Shown here in pieces: positions 17,320-27,627 of a stretch of DNA of 64,000 nt (position 1 is its first letter; the number at the start of each line of letters is the position of its first letter). Both the position numbers and the translations under genes were made by a program. The notes under the pieces were generated by a model that had not been told where the DNA came from, did not search any database, and was given only the letters and a program-made list of their open reading frames with translations. Where the stretch lies: sequence record NC_041878.1. One strand, written 5' to 3'.

Positions 17320-20070
17320 ATGGCTTATACAATTAAAGGCGATATTCAAGCTACTAGAATAGTAGTTCAAGGAAAAACTGTGGGTGCTGGCATCAGCACC
17401 ACTGATAACAGTATTGTTTATACTGCCGACACGTCAGGTCATCTAGATCTGCCAATTCCTTCTGCATCTGATATAGATTATGTACTAAATCAATTTCCAT
17501 TATCTCAATATGGAGCAATTAATAATAATCCTATCGGTGTTAGCGGAACGTTTGATGGTGGTAGTACTATAGCATATTATTCCAGTATGCCAGTATTATT
17601 GGAAAATGATGGTACGTTAGCATTCTTACGCCCTGGTTCAAACGGGGCAACCATCAACTATTATTATACGTATATTAATACACCAGAAACAAGCACAAAG
17701 CCAAATACTACAATTCAAAAGTATTATACTGGTTCAAGTAAGAATATTATTTTTTATGATTCATATACAAAAGACACGCTAATATATGAAGATATTGATA
17801 ATCATGTAATTCATTTAGTATTAACAAATGGAACTTTACAAAAAAGCTATCACAAAGAAGTAAGTTTTAATAGAACTATTCTTCCATATAATATTATGAG
17901 TGCGTTAAAAGTTGATTCATATGTGTATATTTTTGCATTATATAATCCATCATTTAACTACAACAATCCTATATCTATTAATAATATATCTAACGTTGAA
18001 GCTCAATTTGTTGTATATAGAGTTCCAGTATCACAAATTGAGTCAGGTGGAACTATCAGTAGTATAGAGCAAGTATCTGGAATTAGTGGCACAAATATGT
18101 ACGGAACTGCTGTTACTGATTCAAACGCAATAAAAATTGCTGATACATGGTGCAGTACAAATGAATCGGGAACGCAATCATTTATAAAATATCCTGGTGG
18201 ATTGGGAATCGCAGTATCTCCGATCACATACTCAATTAACGGAGCTGCTAAAGCATATTTCGATGGTACAAATATTATTTTTTCATATTATACTAACTGT
18301 ACATCTACGAATTCATCTGCACGACAAGATACTATGTATGGGTTTACTATTACATTCAATCCATCATCAAAGGCTTATAGTACAGATTTGAGCAATGTTC
18401 CATTAACCGTTTCTGGTGGGTCAACTGGAACCTTAGTTTGGAACAATCCATACTCAATAAATTCAAATAAAATATACGGCACTGGAAACGCAATTTCTGA
18501 TGGTAATTCTAGTTCATGGTATATTAGTGAATCGGGTATACAATATGCAGTGAAAGAAAAATATGTACTTCAAGATTTTTATATGGTAACTCGATGCTCG
18601 ATAAACGGATTTACAAATAAAGCTGATGCATATAAAATACGTAATAGAAGTTTAACATTAACATCTAGTACTAAAGTTCCTGGTGATTATGCTTCTCGTG
18701 TTGGTGATCAATTAACAGGTGGTTGTCCAATTAGTAGTACGCGGATTATGTTCACTGGTACGGGTTCATATCAGGGAGTTAGCTATAATAAGTACAGTCG
18801 TGGGATTGCTGATATTGGTACGGCACATACATACACATACAATTCTCTTGATAGGGGAACTATCGTTGGATATGCACCACAAAATTATCGAGTTCCTTTT
18901 GGTGATACTAATGAATCTTTAACACGTTCAAAGATTTCTTTATGTGATGCGGCAGGGAACGTAAATGCATATGGTTGTGCATTTATAGAAAATAGTGGTC
19001 TTAGTGCTGGTTTTAAATTAAATCCAAACACTCTTTCCTATGACACTACTATCAGTATATCTAACACTACGTTAGTTAACTTAAAAAATTCTATACTTGC
19101 AAATGCAGGAATAACAAATCCAGCCGATGCAAAAATTGGATTATATTATGTTCCAGATAGCTCTTATTGTAAAAGTATTGCTACCGTTGCAGTATATAAT
19201 GGTTCTGGATTAGGTGGGAGATATTTATTTGCAACGGTAGATTGTACTTTATCTGGAACAGTAGTTAATACTGCAACGCTTAATACTGTGTTTGTCAACA
19301 ATCCATATACAAATATGCAGAGTATTAATATTGATTCTAATGAAATATTTGCAAAATCAGGACTGTCATGCGTTAAGTATGCAGATTTTACATATATAGC
19401 TATTAGTGGTCTTTTAACATATCGTGTTCCTGGAGATTCTAACGAATTATCATGTGCTGGTGTAGTTGATGGCAATACAGTTTCTAATGCTATCGTATCT
19501 GCAAGCTACCATGTTAAGGGAAATAGTTCTTCAGCTAGAGAATACAGTTATATTCCGAACTTAGGTTTTGGTTTTTATCTTTATGGAAATACCGACAAAG
19601 GAACTAAGTTGATATTCAAAAACTGTGGTAATACATTAGCACAATTTAACTCAAACATTGTATCTGGTACTGGAACTGATGTTGTTATTTTAGCACAAGA
19701 TATTCCTCAAGGATTTTATATATACTTTACTGAAACTACTCCATTGTTTATAAGTGGGCAATATTTCGATGTGCCTATTTCGGTAATTAGTTTGGATCAA
19801 GTTACTGCATCCCCAGGAAACAAATCTTATTTTATATACATACAATTAGTACTAGGCACTCCACGATATGTTGCAAGCTTGACTGAACTTCCTGAAAGTT
19901 CTACTACCATGTTTATTGGTACAGCTACGACTGATGGAACAAAAGTATCTTCATTAAATATTAAGAAGGTTTCACGTTTCGATGTGTACAGACCAAGCTT
20001 AACACAAATCGGTTCTGCATTCCCTGTAAGTTCGGGTAACCCAACACAGAGCGGAACTATTGGATGGTAA
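17320..20070 (+). CDS. large virion structural/fibre-like protein, paralogue 2
   Basis: 916 aa; LENDGTLAFLRPGSNG and LAQDIPQGFYIYFTE blocks. Confidence 0.75.
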   Translation: MAYTIKGDIQATRIVVQGKTVGAGISTTDNSIVYTADTSGHLDLPIPSASDIDYVLNQFPLSQYGAINNNPIGVSGTFDGGSTIAYYSSMPVLLENDGTLAFLRPGSNGATINYYYTYINTPETSTKPNTTIQKYYTGSSKNIIFYDSYTKDTLIYEDIDNHVIHLVLTNGTLQKSYHKEVSFNRTILPYNIMSALKVDSYVYIFALYNPSFNYNNPISINNISNVEAQFVVYRVPVSQIESGGTISSIEQVSGISGTNMYGTAVTDSNAIKIADTWCSTNESGTQSFIKYPGGLGIAVSPITYSINGAAKAYFDGTNIIFSYYTNCTSTNSSARQDTMYGFTITFNPSSKAYSTDLSNVPLTVSGGSTGTLVWNNPYSINSNKIYGTGNAISDGNSSSWYISESGIQYAVKEKYVLQDFYMVTRCSINGFTNKADAYKIRNRSLTLTSSTKVPGDYASRVGDQLTGGCPISSTRIMFTGTGSYQGVSYNKYSRGIADIGTAHTYTYNSLDRGTIVGYAPQNYRVPFGDTNESLTRSKISLCDAAGNVNAYGCAFIENSGLSAGFKLNPNTLSYDTTISISNTTLVNLKNSILANAGITNPADAKIGLYYVPDSSYCKSIATVAVYNGSGLGGRYLFATVDCTLSGTVVNTATLNTVFVNNPYTNMQSINIDSNEIFAKSGLSCVKYADFTYIAISGLLTYRVPGDSNELSCAGVVDGNTVSNAIVSASYHVKGNSSSAREYSYIPNLGFGFYLYGNTDKGTKLIFKNCGNTLAQFNSNIVSGTGTDVVILAQDIPQGFYIYFTETTPLFISGQYFDVPISVISLDQVTASPGNKSYFIYIQLVLGTPRYVASLTELPESSTTMFIGTATTDGTKVSSLNIKKVSRFDVYRPSLTQIGSAFPVSSGNPTQSGTIGW

Positions 20071-20082
20071 AAGGAATTTTAA

Positions 20083-22833
20083 ATGTCTAAAAAAATCATA
20101 GGTGATATGAGCGTTCAGAGGAACGCTCAATCAAATGGTAGAAACACAATTCGTGATGTTAATAATATAGCCGCTGATGTTAACGGTAATATTAATCTAC
20201 CATATTATAACAAAGAATACATCAATAAAGTAATGTCAACAATCCCACTATCTCGTATTGGAACAATGGATTACCTACCAATGAATATAAATGGTTCATT
20301 TGAAGGTTCTAGTAACTATATTGGGAAAGGGGTATATCCTATTTTATTAGAGAATGATGGTACATTGGTTTATCTTCGTCCGGGTACAAACGGAAGTACA
20401 TTTGGATATTATTATTGCTATGTTTCTAATGCAAGAACCGTACTTAACTTAGCTCCAGTTGTGACTAATGAAAAATTTACACCAACAAATTTTACATCAT
20501 CACACACCTTAGACTCTTTCATAAGTACAGATGCTTCTGAATTATTAATGATGCGTACAAATGATGGAACAAACGATACTTATACATTATCATTAACTAA
20601 CGGAACGATGAATAGCGTTGCACATCAGAATTTAGAGTTCCCAGCAAGCACAATAACTGGTACTGATCCACAATATGCAATGGTTGTTGATAATTTAATT
20701 TATATATTTTGTTTAGATGGATATAGTAACACTAGTGAAATGGCTATATCAGTATACACTTTACCAAAAAATAATATCATATCTGGAACCTTTACTGCAT
20801 TGACTAAGGTAACAGGATTCAGTGGAGTGAATTTATTTGGTACTAGCATCAGTGCTTCTCCAAATATAAAATTAGCTCCTATGTATTTTAGTAATACACC
20901 ATCAGATAATTCATTGTATTGCGTACCAACTGGTAATGTATATAGAGGGTTCTCTTCATTTTGGGGAAATAATGAAGGTACACTTCATGCTGAACGAAAT
21001 GATAGATTAATACGAATTGCATTTGTCCATGCAGCAGAAGCGACAACACAGCAATCAAACACACGTTCGTTGTCGGCAATAAGCTTAGTACTGGACACCA
21101 GCAACAAAAAATATACACTAGACAATACAAATACGGGTCAGGTTACAATAACAACCAATCCCACTACTGGTGCAATAACCTGGAATAATCCGTACTCCGC
21201 TAATATGGAAAATTACTCTGGTCTTTCAGTAAATGGTTCACTAAACCGTGTACCAACTTACGCGACAACTTCAGATGGTGTTCAGTTCACATCTACTGCA
21301 AGACATGATTCATCACCAGAACACTATATAAGCAGATGTAAAATTAATAATTTTGTTTCACGATATAATGCCTGGAACGTTACTACTCGTTCAGTAAATT
21401 CGATGTTGCTTAATATTGTAAATCCAGTGTTTGGTTCTGTAATTGGTGAGAACTTGATTCACCCAACAATTATCTCAAGTTCTAAAATATTAATGCATTG
21501 CAGTGGTACATATAATAATAATATCACAGATTATAACACAAACGTTTATACAACATTATCTGGAAATCCTGATTATGTTTATAAATCAGTATCTACAGGT
21601 GGCACAATAAATGGATTTAAACCAAGTGAAGAACGTGTCATTTTAAATAATCCAGACTATAGATATACTGGTTGTGTAACTATTATGAATCAAGATGGAA
21701 GTACTAAAGTGTATGGTTCATCATTTGTTCAAGATATTAATAAATTCTCTGCGTTAGAGATGAACCAGAATGATTTTTCATACTCTCAACAGATTACGAT
21801 GAATAATACATTACTTAATAATTTAAAACAAGATGTAATGGATTCAGTTACGTTACCGTATCCTGTACTACAAAGTTATATCGTTTTATATTATGTACCA
21901 GATAACTCTTACTCAAAAAGTTATGCTGTTGTTACTATGTTATTTGACGCACCTACTGGTACTGCTAACTCATATCACATACTGTCAGAAGTTGATGTTA
22001 CATTAAGTTCGAATTCTGTTACTGCGTACAATATTTTATCTAGTTACTTAATTAACCGAAATATTGTTGCAAGATCTATTAATACAGGTTTAATTGAACG
22101 TATGGGTGGTATGATAATTGCTAAATATCAAGAATTTACATACGTTGGAATTCCGACACTATTTGCAGTGAATACATCGGCGGGTAATTTCTCATCTTTA
22201 ATTTGTAAAGTTGATAATAGTACTAAAATGATTAAATCTACTCCAAAAATGATTTCAACTGCTTATAACTCAAGCACTGCAAATTCATATCAAGTCGGGG
22301 TAATTCCAAAGTTAGGTTTTGGATTATTTGAAAATGGTGCAATTACAGATATAAAAACCAAACTAGTATTCAAAAACTATGGAACAACAGAAGCACAATT
22401 TGATGCTATGGTGGCGAATCCGGCAAGCAATCCTCTGTCTAGAATAGTTATTGCTGCTCAAGATGTTGCGGAAGGATTTATTATATATTTCACACAACGT
22501 GTTCCTGCTTTTATACAAGGGAATTATTTTGAAATGCCAATAACATCCATTAATTTGAATGATATTACTTCTAATCCATCCAATAAAACTTTTTACTTGT
22601 ATATTACGATTGTAGAAGGTGAGGCGGTATATCAGATTAGTGAGTCGTTGCTTTCTGAAGAATTATATCGTGTATATATTGGTACTATAGTTACTGGTCA
22701 ATCGGCAATTACATCTATCAGTACTGAGAAAGTTACAAGGTTCTTGAACTATAGAACAAGCACGACTAAGCGTGGTTCTGCAATTCCTACGAGTACTGGC
22801 GTACCGTCAGGTACAGGCACTCGTTGGCATTAA
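20083..22833 (+). CDS. large virion structural/fibre-like protein, paralogue 3
   Basis: 916 aa; LENDGTLVYLRPGTNG and AAQDVAEGFIIYFTQ blocks. Confidence 0.75.
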   Translation: MSKKIIGDMSVQRNAQSNGRNTIRDVNNIAADVNGNINLPYYNKEYINKVMSTIPLSRIGTMDYLPMNINGSFEGSSNYIGKGVYPILLENDGTLVYLRPGTNGSTFGYYYCYVSNARTVLNLAPVVTNEKFTPTNFTSSHTLDSFISTDASELLMMRTNDGTNDTYTLSLTNGTMNSVAHQNLEFPASTITGTDPQYAMVVDNLIYIFCLDGYSNTSEMAISVYTLPKNNIISGTFTALTKVTGFSGVNLFGTSISASPNIKLAPMYFSNTPSDNSLYCVPTGNVYRGFSSFWGNNEGTLHAERNDRLIRIAFVHAAEATTQQSNTRSLSAISLVLDTSNKKYTLDNTNTGQVTITTNPTTGAITWNNPYSANMENYSGLSVNGSLNRVPTYATTSDGVQFTSTARHDSSPEHYISRCKINNFVSRYNAWNVTTRSVNSMLLNIVNPVFGSVIGENLIHPTIISSSKILMHCSGTYNNNITDYNTNVYTTLSGNPDYVYKSVSTGGTINGFKPSEERVILNNPDYRYTGCVTIMNQDGSTKVYGSSFVQDINKFSALEMNQNDFSYSQQITMNNTLLNNLKQDVMDSVTLPYPVLQSYIVLYYVPDNSYSKSYAVVTMLFDAPTGTANSYHILSEVDVTLSSNSVTAYNILSSYLINRNIVARSINTGLIERMGGMIIAKYQEFTYVGIPTLFAVNTSAGNFSSLICKVDNSTKMIKSTPKMISTAYNSSTANSYQVGVIPKLGFGLFENGAITDIKTKLVFKNYGTTEAQFDAMVANPASNPLSRIVIAAQDVAEGFIIYFTQRVPAFIQGNYFEMPITSINLNDITSNPSNKTFYLYITIVEGEAVYQISESLLSEELYRVYIGTIVTGQSAITSISTEKVTRFLNYRTSTTKRGSAIPTSTGVPSGTGTRWH

Positions 22834-22836
22834 TTT

Positions 22837-22861
22837 AAAGCGGTCACTTGACCGCTTTTTT
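22837..22861 (+). terminator. intrinsic terminator
   Basis: AAAGCGGTC-ACTT-GACCGCTTT plus T run. Confidence 0.85.
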
Positions 22862-22920
22862 CTTTTGTGTTACACTCTTTTCAGCGTTAAAAAAATAGAA
22901 AAATAATTTTAAAAAAGCCC

Positions 22921-22949
22921 TTGACATGAGGGCTTTTTGTGTGTATTAT
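22921..22949 (+). promoter_or_regulatory. sigma70-type promoter with -35 in the loop of a palindrome
   Basis: TTGACA-N17-TATTAT; AAAAAGCCCT/AGGGCTTTTT inverted repeat 22912-22938 flanks the -35. Confidence 0.7.
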
Positions 22950-22965
22950 TAACAGGAATTAAGTT

Positions 22966-23526
22966 ATGGGCTATCAACCAAAGCCGAATAAGAAAAATAA
23001 AGAAGTTAATATGATTTTTGTAAGTGAGAAAGCTAAGGAACTAGCGAAGGAAATTGGCTATCACAAACATATCCTTCTTCTACGAAAAAGTGCAGGTAAA
23101 CTCCGACAATACATGGATTGTTTTGTAACAACACAATATCCAGCCGGAAGACTTATTGAAATCAAATATCATTTTAGTCAATGTCGTCCAGAAGTACTTG
23201 CTATTATGGAAGCAATGGCTAAAGATCCAAAACGATTTGAATTTGAAAGTTCAGATACCAATCGTAAAGTTTTTGTTGATACAATTCATGGTACTCGTTT
23301 TCAGTACTACGATTTTAGCTCTAACCGTTCCAGAGTACTGCCTAAACTTTATATTAATGGCAGAGAATTTCTTACTAAAATAGAATTGGATTGTATTGCA
23401 TCTGTTATTAACTCTATGGATGTTATGCGACAAAATGAATATAAACTACAAGAAGAACTAAAGGCATTAGAGGAACAGGAAAATGTTTTCCAAATTTATC
23501 AAAGTGAAAAGCTGTCATCCCGATAA
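22966..23526 (+). CDS. hypothetical protein, LLRK paralogue family member A
   Basis: LLLRKS...IEIKYHFSQCRP...MAKDPKRF. Confidence 0.75.
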   Translation: MGYQPKPNKKNKEVNMIFVSEKAKELAKEIGYHKHILLLRKSAGKLRQYMDCFVTTQYPAGRLIEIKYHFSQCRPEVLAIMEAMAKDPKRFEFESSDTNRKVFVDTIHGTRFQYYDFSSNRSRVLPKLYINGREFLTKIELDCIASVINSMDVMRQNEYKLQEELKALEEQENVFQIYQSEKLSSR

Positions 23527-23752
23527 ACTTTATGAAGTACTTTTAGATCGTCATTTTAAAGAATCATATCATTCTTTATCTAAAGTTGTACTGCATCATA
23601 CCATGACACATCGTGACGGTAAGATCGTAGTATCTCTTGAATTTCGCTTCATCGATAAGATTGTATTTTCAAATGCACATGTCTTTATCGATCAAGATTA
23701 TGGTTCTATTAACGTTTTTAATATTGACAAAATTACGGAGTACATGAAATGA
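23483..23752 (+). CDS. hypothetical protein
   Basis: 89-aa ORF, ATGA overlap with the next gene. Confidence 0.6.
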   Translation: MFSKFIKVKSCHPDKLYEVLLDRHFKESYHSLSKVVLHHTMTHRDGKIVVSLEFRFIDKIVFSNAHVFIDQDYGSINVFNIDKITEYMK

Positions 23753-24528
23753 AGCTTGGCGACCGCATTAAAACTTATGAAAAACTAGAAACTTCGGATC
23801 GCTTTATGCCGATGCTACCCATCTATGCTCGTATTGATGGACGTTCATTTAGTAAATTCACAAAAGGTATGACTAAACCTTACGACAGCACACTTAGTCG
23901 TATCATGATGGAAGTTACAAAGTATCTGGTTGAAGAAACTGGTGCATGTATTGGTTATACACAAAGTGACGAAATCAGTCTTGTATTCTTCCAAAAATCA
24001 ATGGAAAGCGATGTTTTCTTTAGCGGGAAGAAACAAAAGATGGTATCAGTACTTGCAGGTCTTGCAACTGCAAAATTTGTAGAACTTGCACTGAAGTTCT
24101 ATCCTGATGAATGTGCTAAACGTCTTCCGGTATTTGACTGTCGTGTATTCCAGGTTCCTTCTAAAGTAGAAGCTGTGAATTGTTTTGTGTGGCGTTCACA
24201 GGATGCAGTACGTAACAGTATTCAGATGGCAGGACGTGCAGTGTTCTCACATTCTGAACTTGACCGTAAAAATCAAAGTAATATCCTTGATATGCTACTT
24301 AATGAAAAGGGTATTAACTGGAACGATTACCCAAAATTCTTTAAAGAAGGTACATTCTGGCAACGACAGAACTATGAAAAGATTGTTGAAGGTGTACCAG
24401 TAATTCGTTCAAAAGTAGATGAAGTACTTGTTGGAATCAAATTCGAAGATCTAAGTACTGATGAAAAAGTTAAACTTATCTTTGGGGATGAAGATGTTAT
24501 TCAAAAAGAAAACGAACAAGCGGCATGA
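23749..24528 (+). CDS. thg1: tRNA(His) guanylyltransferase / Thg1-like protein
   Basis: ARIDGRSFSKF, YTQSDEIS, FSGKKQK, FDCRVF, WRSQDAVRNS, INWNDYP...KEG motifs. Confidence 0.92.
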   Translation: MKLGDRIKTYEKLETSDRFMPMLPIYARIDGRSFSKFTKGMTKPYDSTLSRIMMEVTKYLVEETGACIGYTQSDEISLVFFQKSMESDVFFSGKKQKMVSVLAGLATAKFVELALKFYPDECAKRLPVFDCRVFQVPSKVEAVNCFVWRSQDAVRNSIQMAGRAVFSHSELDRKNQSNILDMLLNEKGINWNDYPKFFKEGTFWQRQNYEKIVEGVPVIRSKVDEVLVGIKFEDLSTDEKVKLIFGDEDVIQKENEQAA

Positions 24529-25000
24529 AGATGAACCATTTCTGATTGCTCATGTTCTTCGTGGTTCAGGGAGTGTTAGCTCCCTTTTACATTTCATCAG
24601 TACACATCCTGGTGGTGCTGATGCTGCACGAAAGGACATTATCAAAATTAAGTACTGGTATTCTAAATGTTCTCCAGTTGTTCAGAATATTGTGCGGAAG
24701 ATGGTAAAAGATTTCCAGAAATTTGATGTTGAAGAAGATCAATGGCGTGGTGTATTCGATGATATTACTCAACATTTCATTATAAAAGATACTGATACAC
24801 GTTTGGTATTCAGGGTTGATAGTTCTTCTTGTAAGATTGAGATTGCAGGTGGTAATGACCTATCAAAAGACCCACATGATTGGACATTGTTTTTGTACGC
24901 AACACGTTCAGTACTGTATATTAAAAACAATATTGATGAAATGCGTAAATCACAAGCAAATGAACGTACTAAACAAAATTATGTGGAAGCTTATAAGTAA
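24461..25000 (+). CDS. hypothetical protein, LLRK paralogue family member B
   Basis: VLRGS...IKIKYWYSKCSP...MVKDFQKF; start uncertain (24488 or 24494 possible). Confidence 0.65.
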   Translation: MKKLNLSLGMKMLFKKKTNKRHEDEPFLIAHVLRGSGSVSSLLHFISTHPGGADAARKDIIKIKYWYSKCSPVVQNIVRKMVKDFQKFDVEEDQWRGVFDDITQHFIIKDTDTRLVFRVDSSSCKIEIAGGNDLSKDPHDWTLFLYATRSVLYIKNNIDEMRKSQANERTKQNYVEAYK

Positions 25001-25302
25001 TGGAATATATAACACCAGTACTTGTAAATCGACATAAAGGTGAGTTTGATATTTACATCGGGCGTGGAACGATATGGGGAAATCCACACCCAATCGATCC
25101 AGGTCAAGGAATTTCAAGGCAAATTTCCATAGAAATGTATCGAGAGCACTTGTACAACTGTCTGGAAGATGGTACAATAACCGTTAAGGACGTTCTTTCA
25201 CTTTCTGGAAAACGTATAGGTTGCTCTTGTGCACCGTTGCCTTGTCACGGTGATATAATTATTGAAGTGTTCAACACCGTTGTTGAAATGCTTGACGAAT
25301 GA
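25000..25302 (+). CDS. DUF4326-family protein
   Basis: DIYIGRGTIWGNP...LSGKRIGCSCAPLPCHGD. Confidence 0.85.
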   Translation: MEYITPVLVNRHKGEFDIYIGRGTIWGNPHPIDPGQGISRQISIEMYREHLYNCLEDGTITVKDVLSLSGKRIGCSCAPLPCHGDIIIEVFNTVVEMLDE

Positions 25303-25309
25303 GGTTCAA

Positions 25310-25789
25310 ATGAAAAAGTCTGATATGTTGTTTGCACTTCTACGTAAAAGTGCAGTACTGAAAGATTGCGTTAAAAATAATAATGATCGTACATTTCTTA
25401 TTAATTTAAAATATCAATACGCAAAACTTCAACCAACATTACGTAATATGATTCGTACTATGGCTACCGATATTGATCGTTTCAATATGGAACATGGTAC
25501 TGAACAAGCGGTTGTTGCAGTACTGAACAACTATCATAATAGTGGTAATGAACGTCCAGAAACAGGTGCAGGTCATCCAGTACTGGTAGATACTGTTACT
25601 GAAAATCGCTTCGTTATCATGCGTAACACTATTGTTGTGAACAACGTAGTAGTTTTTAAAGAAGAAGATCATCAGGCATTTATTGTTGCATTTGGTTGTT
25701 TAGCTCGTGCAAAAGAACGACAAGAAAAAATCATTCGTGATAATGCAGAAGAACAACGTCGCCTGAACATTTTGTCGGAGTTTTTATGA
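25310..25789 (+). CDS. hypothetical protein, LLRK paralogue family member C
   Basis: GAGG RBS; LLRKS...INLKYQYAKLQP...MATDIDRF. Confidence 0.75.
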   Translation: MKKSDMLFALLRKSAVLKDCVKNNNDRTFLINLKYQYAKLQPTLRNMIRTMATDIDRFNMEHGTEQAVVAVLNNYHNSGNERPETGAGHPVLVDTVTENRFVIMRNTIVVNNVVVFKEEDHQAFIVAFGCLARAKERQEKIIRDNAEEQRRLNILSEFL

Positions 25790-26418
25790 GTTGGAACCGT
25801 ACAACAATGACTTTCTTATTATTAAGAAAAAACACAAAGCTCTTGAACGAATATATCTCTAAGGGTCATGATGCTGAAGTACGTAGCCAACGCAGGGAAT
25901 ATATTATTAGCTTAAAGCAAGAATTAGCTGCTTTGCCACCTGAACGATATAATTTAATTAAAACCGTAGCAACTGAAATTGATCGCTTTATCATAAAAGA
26001 TATAACTAAAAATTATGTTCCTTATGATGAAAAAGATTATCATGTTATGCAACACATTATTCAAGGTACTAATATTGTACTACGAGAAGAAGTAGTTCAT
26101 CATTATATGATGCCTCGTATGTGGTTGGATACATCAGAAAAAGCAAAAAATACAATGCGAGGACAACCACCATCTGAAGATCCGTGGATTTTGTATGATA
26201 AAATTCATAACATTCACTTTTTGATTTACGATGAGAAAACTGTTGTTGATAAAGTAGATTTGTTTACAGGTCGTGAACATGGTTGGTTTATTGGTATCTT
26301 CAAAGCACTTCAAGAAATGAAAGAAGCTGAAGAAGAAATTATGAAACAGCAACGTGTTTTAGAAGAACTTCGTAAAGAAGAACGACGCAAAGCAGGTATA
26401 CTTTCAAAATATTCATAA
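25786..26418 (+). CDS. hypothetical protein, LLRK paralogue family member D
   Basis: LLLRKN...ISLKQELAALPP...VATEIDRF; C-terminal coiled coil. Confidence 0.75.
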   Translation: MSWNRTTMTFLLLRKNTKLLNEYISKGHDAEVRSQRREYIISLKQELAALPPERYNLIKTVATEIDRFIIKDITKNYVPYDEKDYHVMQHIIQGTNIVLREEVVHHYMMPRMWLDTSEKAKNTMRGQPPSEDPWILYDKIHNIHFLIYDEKTVVDKVDLFTGREHGWFIGIFKALQEMKEAEEEIMKQQRVLEELRKEERRKAGILSKYS

Positions 26419-26426
26419 GGATATAA

Positions 26427-27287
26427 ATGGATTACACTGGTAAATTTACGCACCAGAAGTTGGAATTTGATACTGGTACAGTCATCGTTATTAATGGTGA
26501 TTGTGTCGAAGTACTGAAAGAATTAAATGAATTGGGATTTAAGTTCAATACTGCAATAACTTCCCCTCCATATGCTGAACAACGTAAAGATGTATACGAC
26601 AGTATATCTCCAGACGATTTTCCAGAATGGTACACCAATGTCAGTACTGATATAATGAATGTCATTCGTGATGATGGCTCATACTTCTTTAATATCAAAG
26701 AACATGTAGATAAAGGTAAGAGAGATACTTACGTTTATCGAACAATTATTGATATGTCAGAGAAGTTTAACTGGAGTGATGAATACATTTGGAATAAAAC
26801 TAACCCGTTCCCAACTGGTGCAAAAACACGATTGAAGGATGGATTTGAACGAATCTATCAATTCAATCACACAACAAAATATAAATTCTTTCCAGATGAA
26901 GTGAAAGTACCTAGTACTTCAAAGTATTTGGAAAGTGAGAAGAAACGTAAGAATAAAGGTGAACATAACGTTACTAATGGTTCTTCAATGAACATGGCTA
27001 AACGTATTGCTGAAGATATGGTTCGCCCAAGTAATGTTATAACTTGCAGTACTAGTAATTTGAACATTGGTCATCCTGCGGTTTTCCCCATCGATATTCC
27101 AAATTTCTATATTAAACTCAGTACTGAAGAAAATGACTGGATTCTAGATCCATTTGGTGGTTCTGGAACTACTGCGTTAAGTGCTATTCAAAATAATCGA
27201 AATTGTTTAATTATTGAGAAATCTGAACAGTACTATCAACTAATCATAGAAAGACTATTACAATATGGTCGGGAGAATTATGTATGA
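26427..27287 (+). CDS. orphan beta-class DNA methyltransferase (N4-cytosine or N6-adenine)
   Basis: motif IV TSPPY precedes HPAVFP and motif I LDPFGGSGTT; no adjacent restriction endonuclease. Confidence 0.9.
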   Translation: MDYTGKFTHQKLEFDTGTVIVINGDCVEVLKELNELGFKFNTAITSPPYAEQRKDVYDSISPDDFPEWYTNVSTDIMNVIRDDGSYFFNIKEHVDKGKRDTYVYRTIIDMSEKFNWSDEYIWNKTNPFPTGAKTRLKDGFERIYQFNHTTKYKFFPDEVKVPSTSKYLESEKKRKNKGEHNVTNGSSMNMAKRIAEDMVRPSNVITCSTSNLNIGHPAVFPIDIPNFYIKLSTEENDWILDPFGGSGTTALSAIQNNRNCLIIEKSEQYYQLIIERLLQYGRENYV

Positions 27288-27619
27288 AACCATCACGTGA
27301 AGATATAATTCGTTCAGTCAATGAACAACGTAAAGAATTTTCAGACAGGATGAATGAAGAAGCAAAAGGTATGGTAGTTTATGACTTAACTACACAGGAA
27401 GGACGTGATCGTTTCTTGGTAGATAATTCACACATATTATTACCAACTGAATTAGAACCAGTACTTGCCAAGATTCACACTGTTGGTGAACTTGGCAATT
27501 CATCATGGTACGAAGTAGTTTATCATAACGGTACTGAATGGTGCTGTTATGCAGGTTCCGACACATTTAAGGACGGTGAGCATGTTCTACGTTGGAAGTA
27601 CTGCAAAGACATTTTATAA
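27284..27619 (+). CDS. hypothetical protein
   Basis: 111-aa ORF in operon context. Confidence 0.7.
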   Translation: MKPSREDIIRSVNEQRKEFSDRMNEEAKGMVVYDLTTQEGRDRFLVDNSHILLPTELEPVLAKIHTVGELGNSSWYEVVYHNGTEWCCYAGSDTFKDGEHVLRWKYCKDIL

Positions 27620-27627
27620 GGAAGATA

